Part shown: positions 40,348-54,417 of the stretch, piece after piece
Numbering within the stretch: position 1 is the stretch's first letter
How the letters are laid out: each line of letters starts with the position of its first letter
Assembly: GCA_951406725.2 (NCBI GenBank)
Contig: OX597814.1
Span: 203,484,001-203,548,000, forward strand
Length of the DNA: 64,000 bases
Reading direction: 5' to 3'
Source of the DNA: Octopus vulgaris
Lineage: Eukaryota
The notes under the pieces: model-generated
What the model saw: only the letters and a program-made list of their open reading frames with translations
What the model was told of the DNA's origin: nothing
Databases searched by the model: none
Position numbers and translations under genes: made by a program

Positions 40348-41016
40348 TGGTGGTTGTAAATAAGTTCCACTGTCATTCATTTCCAATATTCTACATAAAC
40401 ATGTTTGGGTATGAGAAAATATTTCCTTGATTGAACACAAGTGAGGGTTGACAGCAGGAAGGACATCAGTCTGTAGAAAATCTACTTTGAGAAACTCTGA
40501 CACATGCAACCATGGAAAAGTGGACGGTAATGCAATGATGATGACTGATGTATGCATTCATTCTCACCACACTCTTGTACACTTGAACATGAAGATGGAA
40601 TTCTTGCTATTGGGTTTTGTAGCAGAGAAAGGCTTCTCCCAATAGACAATGTGGGTAAACAGTACACTGCACCATAAGTAAACTTACTAGAACTTTCAGT
40701 GTAATTGCTGCACCTTGAGTTGTAGCTACCATTCAGTCCTTTGGGAGCTAAAAGATGCTGCCAACCATCATCTCTTTTGAAGCAAGATAATATTTTCTCT
40801 TGGCCAGGCATGTTTTTCACGAACAGTATTGCTTGTATGACAGTGATGTTCATTTAGAGCCATCATGTGATATCAAGACAAGGGTACACTCAAATACACA
40901 TACACATATACATATATCCATCATCATCATCATACCTAAGCATCCATAAGTCAGAAAAAATAGGCAATTGCATATTTGTTAATAAAGTAGGTATATTAAA
41001 GTACACAGTATTGTAG

Positions 41017-41531
41017 ATCTATTTCAGCCAATCTTACCAATTGGTTGCCCACCAGGTATTAGATAACCAAATACTAATAATAATAACCAAGTATTAGATA
41101 GCAGGATAGTTATCTAAATGCAACGTGCTCATCAGAGATGGCAGGTATGGAAAAAAAAACAAAAAAACATGGTGACTGCTCTCAGTTATTGGAGGTAAGA
41201 AAATGTCACACTTGGTTTGTGGGTGCTGGATATATTTTCACCCAGACTCTCACTGCTTTACAACTAACTCAAGAATTTTGGAGTCAAGAGACATAATTCT
41301 TGATAAATCTCTTGCATAACTGCCTCCTGCAACTTTGTTTTGTCTTTTTCCACAATACTCACAAATTGAACATGACACTTTCTCACCTCCAATAACTAGA
41401 AACAGTCACCATGCTTTTTCTATACCTGCTATCTCTGAAGAGCATATGTATTTAGATAATCACCAGGTTATCTAATATCCAGTTATTTTATACCTGATGC
41501 AAAAGTGATTGGTAAGATCAGCTGAAATGGA
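41017..41531. repeat. Fold-back element with ~180-210-bp arms, each carrying a decayed hammerhead
   Basis: gagatggcaggtatggaaaaa/tttttctatacctgctatctc, catggtgactg/cagtcaccatg, agttattggaggt/acctccaataact and atcttaccaat/attggtaagat. Confidence 0.9.
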
Positions 41532-41632
41532 TGTCATACTTTATGCCTTAATTAACATATGCCATGATGGATCGTTAACTCCTACACACATTTTTTTCTC
41601 TCCTTGTTTCTCTCCTTATTTTTTTCTGTGTA

Positions 41633-41670
41633 TCTTTCTATCGAAGAGCGTGGGCTCAAAACGTAAAAGA
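41633..41670 (+). ncRNA. Degenerate minimal hammerhead motif with an extra A
   Basis: TCTTT-CTATCGA-A-GAGC(GTGG)GCTC-AAA-ACGT-A-AAAGA. Confidence 0.5.
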
Positions 41671-42165
41671 CTTTTTCTATTCCTGAGCGCTATACTAATA
41701 CATTTGTTTGTTTGTACTCCACCTGCCTTCGTCTTTTGTTTATTTTCGTAAACTTTCCCTTTATATACATGACATGTTTGGCTTCTTTCAGTTTCTGTCT
41801 TAAAGTCACTCACAAAGCTTTGGTTGGCATGGGTCTATTGTAGAAGCCTCTTGCCCGAGGTACCACACAGTGAGACTGAATACAAAACCATGTGGTTGGT
41901 AAGCAAGTTTCATAACCACATGCCACTCCTGTGCCTATTGATGAGATTGCAAATGGTAATGAAAAGGCTCTAACAAACTGTTTGATTGAGTAATTGAAGG
42001 ACTAATCAAGCAATCAATTGGTTAATTGGTTAATTAGTTTGCTATTTGATTAATAATAATAAAGAAAAAAATAAAATAGGACCAGTGGGAATATTTCTTA
42101 TTAGTAAACTGACTCTACTCAGATTCATCAGTTATAATATTGGACTACACTATGCTAGTACAGCT

Positions 42166-42198
<33 letters not shown>

Positions 42199-42684
42199 TC
42201 TCTCTCTCTCTCTCTCTCTCCACTTGCCACATCCTGGATATTCCACTGGGTAAAGAGAGTGGAAGGGCCATGGCTGTTCACAGATATATAGGCACCTAAA
42301 CCAATAAGTGAAACCTTAGTACATTCTACCAAGCCATATTCAAGATTAACTACTATAGTAGTTTAGCTTTTTAAAGGATAAAGAAAAGATGAAGATTACT
42401 ATTGAAAAAGAATCTGAAATATGAAACTTGTGATCAATAAGCCAGCCTCTAAGGCAACAGAATTTGTTAATTTTATTCGCATCAGCCTTTCACCTTTCAC
42501 CTTATCCAATATCAATAACTACACATAACTTTGAATAACATTATTCAGAATTGTACATGTGTATTATTGATACAAATATAGTTTTCTGTTGTAAGGATAA
42601 TTCCAGTGGCTATACTGAAGAGATGGTAAATTCAAGGCATGTCTATAGAAAATATAAGGAATTCTTTGAATACATATGATATAT

Positions 42685-43548
42685 GAGATAGTATCAAAAA
42701 ATTCCTGGACTAGTTATGTTTAAAAATAACTTATTTACCTAAGTTGTAACATCATCTCCTTCAAAATAGTCACCTTGCACAGCAATATACTGGTCCTAGT
42801 ATTCCTGCCACTTTTTGAATCCAGCCTGGAAATCATTTTCTGTGAGTCTTTTCTGCTTTGCTCTTCATCTTGACGACAGTGTTAAAACAGTGACCTTTGA
42901 ACTGAATTTTCATCTTTGGGAAGAGATGGAAGGCCTCTGGTGCTAAATCAGGCGAATAGGATGGGTGCAGAAGTGATATGTTGCTTTTGGCAAGAAACTC
43001 ATGAGTGAGAAGGGCTTGGTGACAGGTTGCATTATCGTGAAGAATCCAATTCCTGTATGGACCCATACAACAGACCACCAACATCAGCAATGTCGTTGAT
43101 TGTCCTATGATGATTCTCATGCATAAGCTGATGAATTTTCTCCACATTCCCAGGGGTGACGCTCATGGCAGGTCTTCCAGATTGCTCATCATCTTCCAAG
43201 GACATTCTTCTGCTTTTGAAGTGCTTGTGCCACTTGAAACATTGTGTATAACCCATTGCCTCATCACTGTAAGCTTGCCAAAGTATGCTCAATGTCTCTG
43301 TAACAGGCTTCCCAAGTTTAGTGCATAATTCCACCTTGGCTCTCTGTTTCAACTTCCTGTCATGACAAAAATCACATACTACAGCATACATGTGATCACA
43401 AAAACACAAATTCCACAACTTGCAAAATAAACACAGTAATATCACTTGGCACATTGCCTCATGAAGATCACTGCTAGCTCTCACTGTGCATACAACCATG
43501 TGCAGCTATCTGTTGGTGCATTACAGAACTAACCCAGGAACTTTTTGC
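42685..43548 (-). mobile_element. Internally deleted mariner with both TIR remnants
   Basis: SLEDDEQSGRP, LHDNATCH and HPSYSPDLAP..FHLF motifs; caaaaaattcctggactagtt is inverted relative to aactaacccaggaactttttg. Confidence 0.9.
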
Positions 43549-44406
43549 TTATTTATTTTTCAATTTACCTAATAAAAATCTTGTTAAGAAATATTTTGTT
43601 TCTCGAAACAACCTTCTTGTTTGCAAGAAGTAAATTAACATTATCATATATTTGTACTGATAAAAACAAATGAGAAAACTACTTCGTGTTGTTGAAGCCA
43701 AATTTCCCTCCGATAACATCTTATCACCTTAGAAAAGGATATATAGGATAATGTGGTTCTGGATTACCTGCATACTTATTCCTGTTAACCCTTAACACAG
43801 CACTTTCTCTTTCCCCTAACACTGTCACGGCTATTCTCTCCACTAATACCTTCTGCTAACAATAAACTTTTTCTTCCTATGGTACTTCTCAACATCTCAC
43901 ACCCAGTATTGCTAGTCTCTTTAGTCTTATAAGATACAAACTGACCTCACTAGAGTGTACCAGATGCCATGATATAAGCACAGAGTGCACTCTGTAAATT
44001 GGTTGTCTTTAAAAAGGGGATCCAGCAGTAGAAACCATGCAAGACTGAGACATTGGAATAAAATGATGTTCCACTGACTTGTTAGATCCTGTCAAACCAT
44101 CCAACCTATATCAGCATGGAAATCATACATAAAATAATGATGGTGATGGTGATGGTGGTGGTGGCAGCTGCAGTGGTAGTGATGTGATGGTGATGATGAT
44201 GGTGTTGGTAGTTGTAGTGTGATGCTGGTGGTGAAATCACTGATTATATGTTTTCTCAATCCCACTTAAATAATTTAAAAAATACACACATTACACATAC
44301 ATTTCCCTCGACTACATTCCACACAGACAACATTGATCAACTTGAGGTTATAGAAAACAACACTTGCCTGAAGTACCACACACTAGAATCAAACCCAGAA
44401 CTATGA

Positions 44407-44571
44407 GGCGTAGGAGTGGCTGTGTGGTAAGTAGCTTGCTTCCCAACCACATGGTTCCGGGTTCAGTCCCACTGTGTGGCACTTTGGGCAAGTGTCTTCT
44501 ACTATAGCCTTGGGCCAACCAGAGCCTTGTGAGTGGATTTGGTAGACAGAAACTGAAAGAAGCCTGTCGTA

Positions 44572-44616
<45 letters not shown>

Positions 44617-44835
44617 ATGTGTGTGTATATGTTTGTGTGTCTGTGTTTGTCCCCCTGACATCACTTGAGAACTGATGCTGGTGTGTTTACATCCCCAACT
44701 TAGCGGTTCAGCAAAAGAGATGGATAGAATAAGTACTGGGCTTACAAAGAATAAGTCCTGGGGTCGATTTGCTCGACTAAAAGGCAGTGCTCCAGCATGG
44801 CCACAGTCAAATGACTGAAACAAGTAAAAGAGTAA
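44407..44835 (+). mobile_element. SINE family A
   Basis: Aligns end to end with 35165-35575. Confidence 0.9.
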
Positions 44836-47436
44836 ACAAATTTCTTAACCACAAAACCATGTCTGTCCAACACAGCCATACCTTAATCAATGCTTTGCCT
44901 CTCCACAGGCATTTAATTCCTTAATCATTTCTCTTTTTAAATTCTAAATTTAAAATGATATTTGAAAAGATTACATAACTCTTATTATTCTCTAGACTTT
45001 TTTTTTACCATTTACCTTCTCATAAAATATTAGTTTATTTATTCACAAAAAAAATATATATTTCAATATTTTTTGCATAATATCTTCCTTTTTCTTTAGG
45101 ATAATTAATGCAAAAATTGGACATTTTAGGAATATTTCTTCAAACTAATGATAGAATCTGTGATCCTCACAGCTGTGCAGGAAAATATATGATGTTGTAA
45201 ACAAATTAAGAAACAAACCTCTATATTGTCAAGAATGGCATCATTAACCATCATCTCTAGCAGCTTACTTCCATTTTTCTCTTCTATTTGTTTTCTAACA
45301 AATAACAGGAATACTTTCTCACCATTTTTTTTTTGTAATGAAAAATTGAAATAAGCATAGAAGGAGTTGTATCTAATGAGAACAAAGCTCCTGTTTAATA
45401 ATCTTTTGAAATATTATTTTCTTCATGTAATTTCCTTTTCCAACTTATTTTATTTCAGCCTGATAATCACCTACCTGTATTTTACCAATCACCTGTTTAT
45501 AATCTACCAATCACATATATTCTATCAATCTGAACACCACCTCTCTGTGTTGCCAATCACCTTTACCTATATTTTATCAGACTTGTTTTCAACTATCTAT
45601 GTGCTATTACAGACTCAATGCTGCATTACCTCTTATATTTGCCAAGTCAATGAAGGAGACCTTAAGGAATTGCTCAGCCTTCTGGGAATAACAGCCAAAT
45701 TGCCTTCAAATCACACCCTACCATTTTAAAAAGCAGAGATAATGCTTGAATATATTTCATCATAGGTTTGTTCTATGAAGGCCAACTCAAGATTAATCAA
45801 ACAACAGCTTCTCATGTTTGTTTACAAAATGTTTTGGTTAAATATTAGGTGCTGGTATGGCTGTATTAACAAGACGTTTGCTTTACAATCCCTGGTTTCA
45901 AGTTCAGTCCAACTGCACAGTAGCTTGTGTAAGTGTCTTCTATTATCACTCCATACTGATCGATGCCTCATGATATAATCTGGAAAGTAGTACCCATGAC
46001 TTTTCACAGGCTCTGCAAGATGGGAGAGAAGAAAGAAGTTATCCTCAAACCATAGACCTGACCCAAATACTTGCAATTGAGTGGATTCCACTAAAGGTGG
46101 CCAAATGCCAAATGTTGGAGTTAAACTAGGTGAACAATTAAGTCTCCCTCCTAAGTGAACCATGAACTCATGATGCAATGAACTGGAACAAATACTGCAA
46201 GGCATCCAGTCCAATGTTCTTACAGTTCCACCAAACTTCTCCCTAAATCGGTACTTTTGTTTTAACTCTTTAGAGTTAACACAAAAGTATAAAAGCTAAA
46301 ATCAACCTTAGTATGATTTGAACTCAAAGAGTAGACAGTCAGACCAAATATTATGTAACATTTCATCCAATGCTGTAATGATTCTGGCTATTGGCCTGCC
46401 TTATTTAGAAAGAGAAACATAAAAAGTGAAAAAGAAGAAAAGAGAGAAAAAGAAATAAGAAACTTGTAGACAGTTACAACGGAATTTGTTGTTTTTCTAT
46501 AAGTAATAAGTATCTGGTTATTTATTTGTGTGGGAAGATATTAATTTCCATTTCTATCTCTGTGCCTTTGTCACTCTACACTGGTTGTCATGACACCACA
46601 TGACAATCAGAGTTTGCTTGTATCCTCTCAGCAAAATTGAGACCAATAAAATAAATACTGGGGTCGAATTTATTGACTAAATTCTTCATTGTAGTGCCCC
46701 AGCAAGGCCACTGATCTATGACTGAAAGAGATAAAACAGATAAATGCTATATTTCCTGGTTTGTTGTGAATGAATTTTAAACCTTTATACAGTATCCAAT
46801 TTCACTGAGATACATAACAAGACATTAACAAAGCAAAAAATGGAGAATGTGAACATAGTTTGGCTTAATTGCTAAACTTTCGGAATTTAGAGGAAATGGA
46901 AAGAAAAAGTTGGTGCTTTGTCATTAGAGTTTGGCTAGCTTGTCAATAGTTTCTAGTGGGTTGGTATTACTGAAATTTAATGAACAATTAAAAACAATAA
47001 AGAAGACAAAATACATTCAGGCAAACGTCAACACTCACTCAAACAGCTGTTTCTTCATGCTGGCATGGCAAACATGTTCATGTTTAGGAAATATGTACAG
47101 AAAAAAAAATTACTATGCAGGATCAAATGAAAGGAATTTATACCAATTACAGATGGTAATTGTAAAACATGTTAACAGAATAAAATGACTAATGTGTTAT
47201 CCTGTATTAGAAAATTTGAAAAATATCTTTTATCTAAAAATAAACCCTTAACTTCATTAGTTTAGAATTCTGTACTTTAATTCTTCTTCCTCTTCTACTT
47301 CATCATTTTTCTTTTACTCTTCTTTGTTTTGCTTGTAGGTTTTTAAAAAAAAAACTTTTCTTTTTCTCTTTTCTTTCTCCTTCTTTATTTTCTCTTCCTA
47401 ATAATTCATGATGTGCATTCAGAGCAGCAAGAGTAC

Positions 47437-47663
47437 TAACAATGGTGTATATATTAATTCTCAATAAGTTCTGGCAGATATAAACATGAATATCTGATCA
47501 CTGTTGTTTTTTCAGAGAACATCTCCCTTCAGATGATTTGTGTTTGTAACACACAAGATTCATTGGGGAGGAGATGTTCTCCATTGACGAAAAACAATAG
47601 CAATCAGCATATTCACTCATGAATCTGCCAGAACGTACTGTGAATGAACAGATACATTATTAT
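47437..47663. repeat. Fold-back element with ~105-bp arms and almost no spacer
   Basis: gttctggcagat/atctgccagaac, tgaatat/atattca, agaacatctcc/ggagatgttct and ttgtgt/acacaa. Confidence 0.85.
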
Positions 47664-47839
47664 TTTCTTTTCAGTCTTCCTAGAATGATTATTATTGATG
47701 AAAGAGTTTTGTTGGCTAAAGATATCTAATGTTTAGCTGGAGCTAATAACAGTTGCTCTAATAAGTCAACAAAGATGCCTTAACGTGGTTGCTCACTCTG
47801 CTAAAAATAGCAAATAAATTTCCTTCAAAGCACATCATT

Positions 47840-48780
47840 TAAGTGCTGACCACTCAAAGTGGATGGCACCTGTGGAAAAGGGAGACCCAGGAAGACATGG
47901 GATGAAGTAGTGTGGGTCAATCTCAAGATGTTGGGCCTCACAAAGGAGATGAAAACAGATTGGGATGTCTGGTAATATAGGATTCTTGAGAAAACCCACC
48001 AACCTCAATAAAATTGAGCCCTATGTATTCCACCCACATGTAACATTAATTCACACACCCTACCCCCAGTGAATCAAGTTATATCTCTTCCTTATACACT
48101 AAGCTTATCTTTCCATCACCAATCCTGCAACTTAACACTGCTCTGTCATCTCTCTCTCCTGTCCTCCCCTACCAACTGTATTGTTGCTATCCTGTTGTCC
48201 CCACCCCCAACCATATAATCACTCACTGCAGTTCCACTCTTTATTTCCCCTGTTCCCTTTCGCACTTTTATGAACTCTCTGCTCACACATCCTGGGCAAT
48301 CCTCTACTATTCCATTTATGTTCACATCCTTGTACCTTAAAAGTATGCCCTGGCACATCACCACCATCTTTCTCGCTCTCTCTCTCTCACTCTCTCTTAC
48401 TCTCACTCTCACTTGCTCTCCCTCTCTCCCTCTTACATGCTCTCCCTCTGACTGGGATAACCATATATCTTCTCTACAGCAAGACACCTGTTTCTGTCCC
48501 TCAGTCATACACTACCTTCTCATCATCTGACACAAAACCAACCCCCTTAAACCACTCGTATTCTCAGTTGAGGGATCTTTGTCATGCAAGTTACTTGATA
48601 ACTTCACTGGTGTTAGTACCATATAAAAAGCACCTAGTCCACTCCAAAAAGAGGTTGGTATTAAGAAGGACATCTAACCATAAAAACTATGCCAAAGCAG
48701 ATGGGGGAGCTTGGTACATACTCTGGCTTACTAGCTCTTGTTAAACTGTCCAACCCATACCAGCACAGAAGATGATAAAT
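47840..48780 (+). mobile_element. RTE LINE 3' end remnant
   Basis: GRPRKTWDEVV at ~47880-47912, then a pyrimidine-rich UTR and family C motifs. Confidence 0.7.
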
Positions 48781-49334
48781 GCTGTGGTTGGCATTAGGAA
48801 GGGCATCCAGCCATAGCGATCATGCCAAATCAGACTGGAGCAGCTCTCTGGCTTGCTAGCTCTGGTAAAACTGTCCAACCCATGCCAGCATGAACAATGG
48901 ATGTTAAATAATGATGATGATGATGATGATATATATAATGGGCTCTCCTGTCGTTAGATGATGTATGAGGGTTTGACAATTTCTTATCGGACAACCACAC
49001 AGACGATTTGCTTATAGGGATCAAATGTTTGTGTAGACATAAGCTCACTCCTTTCATCAAATTGATATTACCTGTACAGGTGCAACTGGGTGACACATGT
49101 CAGATGTTGAAATGATTGCAGTGCAACATGAAATGAAGTACTTTCCTCAAGAACACAACACAATGCCTGGTCTGGGAACTGAACCCACGATCTCGCAATC
49201 ATGAGTGCAACACCCTAAACACTAAGCCATGTGCCTTCACAAGCATGACTTCACATGTGCCTTCACACACACACACATGTATATGTGCATGTATACATAA
49301 CATACACATACATACATACATACATACATATACG

Positions 49335-49383
<49 letters not shown>

Positions 49384-50849
49384 TCTTTTAGTTAATCAAC
49401 TGCAATCTTCTATCCTATCTTTAGACCATCTCAGAAATTCTTCAGCAGTGCTTCCATCCAAATCTATGTTTTAGTTTATTTTTGTACAAAAACTTAATAT
49501 GAAAATAACTTTGCAGAAATTATGTTATTATTTTCTGCTGAATTTATCTGGAGTAATGTAGTTGGAACCTCATCCCTTGAGGCATATTTATATATTAGAT
49601 AATATGGCATATGCTCTCTCTTTTTCTCTTTTTGTTGATCTCTCAGCTTATTTTCACACAATTTGCAACATATGTACTTGTTGTACACCAAACATGCTCA
49701 CCTTAGTCATTCTTGACTTACAAAATACTAACAGAGAAATCATTGCTCTTTAGACATGCCAGAGGAATTTTATTGCTGGAAAGCAAATGTTTTGATGTTA
49801 TTACACACATCTACACACACATACACACGCACAACACAGGCAGAGACACACACTTACAGATACATGCTTCTGTCTGGCAAGATTGCAGCATGCACCTTAG
49901 ATGCTTGTGAAGATCTTTCTGGAGGTGTGCAATAATGAATGTGGTAATATATCAGCTTTCTTTTTGCAGCACTGCTTGATATTTTCTAGAAGAAACTGTG
50001 CAGTAGATGCAACTGTAACATTATCCATATGCCAAGAATCAAAATATATTTTTATACATGCACAAACAGACACAGATATGCGTCAATCAAAGAAGGAAGG
50101 CCAGTGCTTATAACTATTTTTAGGGCTTCTGATATGGGTGGAAAGAAGTGACCCGTAAATTTAAAAACCTAACCCAAACATTTGCAACAGAATAAACTCT
50201 GCTAAAAAGGAATCATGTGGTTGTGTTAAACAAGCTGATGACCCAGTGTTGGCCTTAAGATTATGATGTTGATTTATGATTTGTAATTTTGTTTTTTCAT
50301 GTTAGAGACATGTTTCTACATTTCTTCCTGAACTGTATTCATGCACGTGTGCATGAGCACACACGCACATGTGTGTGTATAAATACATATGCATATATAT
50401 ATATACATACATCATCATCATCCTCTTCATCATCATTTAACATCTGTTGTCCATATTGGCATGGGTTGGACTGTTTGACCAGTGTTGGCAAGATGGAGAT
50501 CTTCACCAGGCTCCAGTCTGATTTGGCAGGGTTTCTACAGCTGGATGGCCTTCCTAATGTGAACCACTTTACAGAGTGTACTGGGCGCTTTTACATGGCA
50601 CAATATGAGCACTCTTTCGTGGCACCAGCACAAGTGCATTTTATGTGACACTGGCATATCATCATCATTTAATGCCCTTGTTCCATGCTGGCATGGATTG
50701 GACGATGTGTGTGTGTGTGTGTGTGTATGGTTGGATGGATGGTCCAAAGTATGATTGTTGGTATATGTTAGTACAAGCTAGCTGATCATGGAGGGCTTGA
50801 AATTTTCCAGCATTAAATTGCATGTTGTTTTCTTCTGCCCATTTATGTA

Positions 50850-52315
50850 CGGCATCTAGACCTTTTGTAGAAGATTAGCATCAGAAGGTTCCTTGACTGC
50901 TTTTGTGTTGTTGGCATAGCTAGTAAATGTGGTTGTCTGTATAACTGATGGCATGTCTGAAAGAGCCACCATAAAGAGCAGCAGCCCCAAGACAATTCCC
51001 TGAAGCACTCTACTTGCTATTACTGTCTCCTTGGAGGGGGATCCATTAACTGCATTGCCTAGCTTCTGTCTTTTAAGAAGACATATAACCACCCTCCCAG
51101 TTTTCCGGCTATGCCAAGTCTTCATAGCTTGTGATATATCATCCCATGATCATCCTTATCAAATGCCTTTGCAAAATTAAGATATATCACACCCACGCTT
51201 GAGTGATTCACTAGTTGTTTCAACACCCAGACATAATGTTGCGATAGGTGTGTAAGACAGCTTCTTCCTGAGCAGAAGCCATGCTGGGTGTCAGGTAGCA
51301 AGTCATAATCTTCCAGAAGCGTGATCAGTTTCCTCTTGACAATACATTCCATGAGTTTGCTGACATGGGAGCTTAGGAAGATGGGCCTATAATTTTTAGC
51401 ATCCATTCTGCTACCTCCTCTATGGATAGGATGTATTATGCCTTCCTTTAACATAAGTTTCAAGAAAGCTTTGGAAGAGGATCTGTGGTTCTTGCTAGAG
51501 CCCCCTTTGCCTTTCTTCAGGAGGATTACTGGGAATCCATTATGGCCTGTGGTTGAGTCTAAGCACATTTCATCAATGGCTGATACTACATCAGTTTCCC
51601 CTATTTTGATGTTATCAAAAATTGCCATCTTTTTGTGTAGAGCTATGGTATGAAAGAACTCATCTGGCATAGCTACTTGCAAGTGCCCCAATGGAATTGT
51701 GAAAACACTTTTGTATGGCAAATTCAATATTTCACTTATCCTCTGAGGGTTTGCAACAGGTGAGCCATTTTCTTCGAACAGTGGCCCTATCTTGTACAGT
51801 ACTAAAGAAGACTCTTTTGCAAATCTATAGAAGGTTTTAGGGCTTGTTTTTACACTTTTTACAGCCCTGGCTTCCTTCTCTGTCCTTTCCTTCTCATGGG
51901 AATGTTTGAATCCTTTCAATCTCAAACAACCTCTGAAATAGGATTCTTTGCTATCCTTTAGTGGCCCACTTACTTTGAGATCTTTGTTCCTCATCTCATT
52001 ACAATCTTCCTATCCCTGGTTATTATGGTTTTTTTGTCAGTTTGTCATTCTCTCTGGAGCAAACTTACTGCATATGCCATACACAATGTTCATAAAGTTC
52101 TGTAGCTGTATGTCAATATTTTGTGTAGAGAAACCTGGAGACCAGTTTTGTTCCATGACTGCTTTCTGAATACCCTTCCAATCAGCTTTGTGAAAGTTTA
52201 GGCTGGAAAGAAGTTGGATGCTTCTAGTAGCCTGCATATCTGCAGTTCTCTGGGACCATATATTGTTTGTTCTATTAAGTTATGGTCCAAGAGAATCATT
52301 GGTATCACTTTAACA
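50850..52315 (-). mobile_element. Decayed CR1-group LINE ORF2 (RT)
   Basis: KNYRPIFLSSHVSKLME, LPDTQHGFCSGRSCLTHL, VIYLNFAKAFDK, LQGIVLGLLLF and SYANNTK (FADDTK). Confidence 0.92.
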
Positions 52316-52332
52316 TAATGGATATATATATA

Positions 52333-52360
<28 letters not shown>

Positions 52361-52364
<4 letters not shown>

Positions 52365-52518
52365 GATCAAAACAGTATGATTCAAATTCGTTGGTACTCT
52401 TGAGTTTCAAGCAGGATACTAGTCATTAGCCATGTCTTCTTACAAATAGCTGATGACTAGCATCACACTTGAAACTCAGGATTACAACGAATTTGAATCA
52501 AACTGTTTTGATCCATAC
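52361..52518. repeat. Fold-back element with ~70-bp arms, each hammerhead-like
   Basis: tggatcaaaacagt..tgattcaaattcgttg..tgagtttcaag..ctagtcattagc is inverted at 52449-52515. Confidence 0.9.
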
Positions 52519-52565
52519 AATAAATTGGTTGAGTGCCTTTCTTTCGTTTGTCCACTCACTCATAT

Positions 52566-52627
<62 letters not shown>

Positions 52628-52657
52628 TGTGTGTATGTGTGTGTGTGTGTATATATA

Positions 52658-53075
52658 GGTGCAGGAGTGGCTGTGTGATTAGTAGCTTGCTTACCAATCA
52701 CATGGTCCCAGGTTCAGTCTCACTGTGTGTCACCTTGGGCAAGTGTATTCTACTATAGCATTGGGCCGAACAAAGTCTTGTGAGTGGATTTGGTAGACGG
52801 AAACTGAAAGAAGCCTGTCATATATATATGTATGTATGTATATATGTGCATGTGTTTGTGTGTCTGTATTTATCACTCCCCCCCCCAGTCAATTGACAAC
52901 CGATATTGGTGTGCTTACATCCCTGTAACTTAGCAGTTCAGCAAAAGAGACTGATAGAATAAGCACTAGGCTTACAAAGGATAAGTCCTGGGGTTGATTT
53001 GTTCGAATAAAAGGCGCTGCTCCAGCATGGCCGCAGTCAAATGACTGAAACCAATAAAAGAATAAAAGAATAAAG
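52658..53075 (+). mobile_element. SINE family A
   Basis: Aligns with 35165-35575. Confidence 0.88.
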
Positions 53076-53449
53076 GAATATATATACATATAAGAATTAA
53101 GGAGTGCATGCGTCACATAAATGATATTTTCAGGATTAAATAAAAAGAAGACAACAAACGGAAAATTTGATGGAATAAAAGGTAGTTCTAAACACTTTTA
53201 AAAGGACAGGGTGGTCATGCCTGGAATTCTTTTGATTACACATATGCTGTTAGGGATGACGTAGTGATGGAGAACTAAACAACAAATACAACTAATATTG
53301 CATGTGCCTTTACTAGAAAACAAAGTATGGTATTTAGACAGTGAAAATGGTAGGAAATATGAAATAATAATGAAGGAAAAGTGATGTGATACACTTTCAG
53401 AAAAGTAGTTTGAGTATCTGATTGGAACAGTGGAGAACTGACCAGGAAA

Positions 53450-53818
53450 GTGATGATGATGACAAAGACGATGATGATAATGATGATGACAGTGATGATG
53501 ATTATAATGATGACAATGATGATGATGAATATGATGATACTAAAGATGACAATGACAATGATGACGACGAAGATTATGGTGATAATGCTGCTGTTGCTGA
53601 TGGTGATGATAATGTTGATATGACAACAATGCTGGTGATGGCAGTGATGATGATGATCATGATCATGACTATGATGATAATGTGATAAAAATGATGACAA
53701 CAATGACATTGGTGACAATGACAAAGATGATGACAACAACGAGGATAAGGACAATGATGACAGGCAATGATGATGATGATGATGATGATAATGTTCATGA
53801 TGATAACAATGACAATGA

Positions 53819-53852
<34 letters not shown>

Positions 53853-53860
53853 GGTGGTGG
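53450..53860 (+). repeat. Degenerate (GAT/GAC/AAT)n ending in (GGT)n
   Basis: Direct reading. Confidence 0.9.
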
Positions 53861-54374
53861 TTTTTCTATTATTTGTAGTGTACAGTGCGATTTATAATTT
53901 ATAATTTACAGATTGTGACAAGATTCTTGTAATTTAGCCCACTTCTTAACCACAGCATCTCAAAGCAATATTGGCACAGAAGACTTTTTTTCTTTTTGTC
54001 CATTCAGCTCCAGTATATTAATTATCTTTTCAGTCTAATATTTCTAGTGATTCATATAAATATTTTCTGATGTAATTGCTTTAGTAACGTAAATTAATTC
54101 TGATTAGAATAACATTTTCAGAATGACTAATGTTTAATAAAACAAACCTATAAACATTACTGATTAGAAAGCATTACTCCTATCATATTTCATATTCTTT
54201 TCAAGGTCATAGCAGCAATGTATTATGAGTACTGAATATTGTAGTTGTTGCTGCTGCTGCTGTTGTTGTTGTTCAGCTTTGGTCAGCTCTGATTCAGTAG
54301 ACCTGTGATCAAAAGAATGCACACATTGGTTGATAAGTTCATTTCACGACTGCATGATTTTTGCTTCATTTTAC

Positions 54375-54417
<43 letters not shown>

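Noticed and set aside
42611-42655. CTGAAGA as another hammerhead
   Set aside because: No stem II closing directly onto GAAA and no stem III or cleavage triplet.
53275-53897. Acidic or hydrophobic ORFs
   Set aside because: Translations of a degenerate (GAT)n tract.
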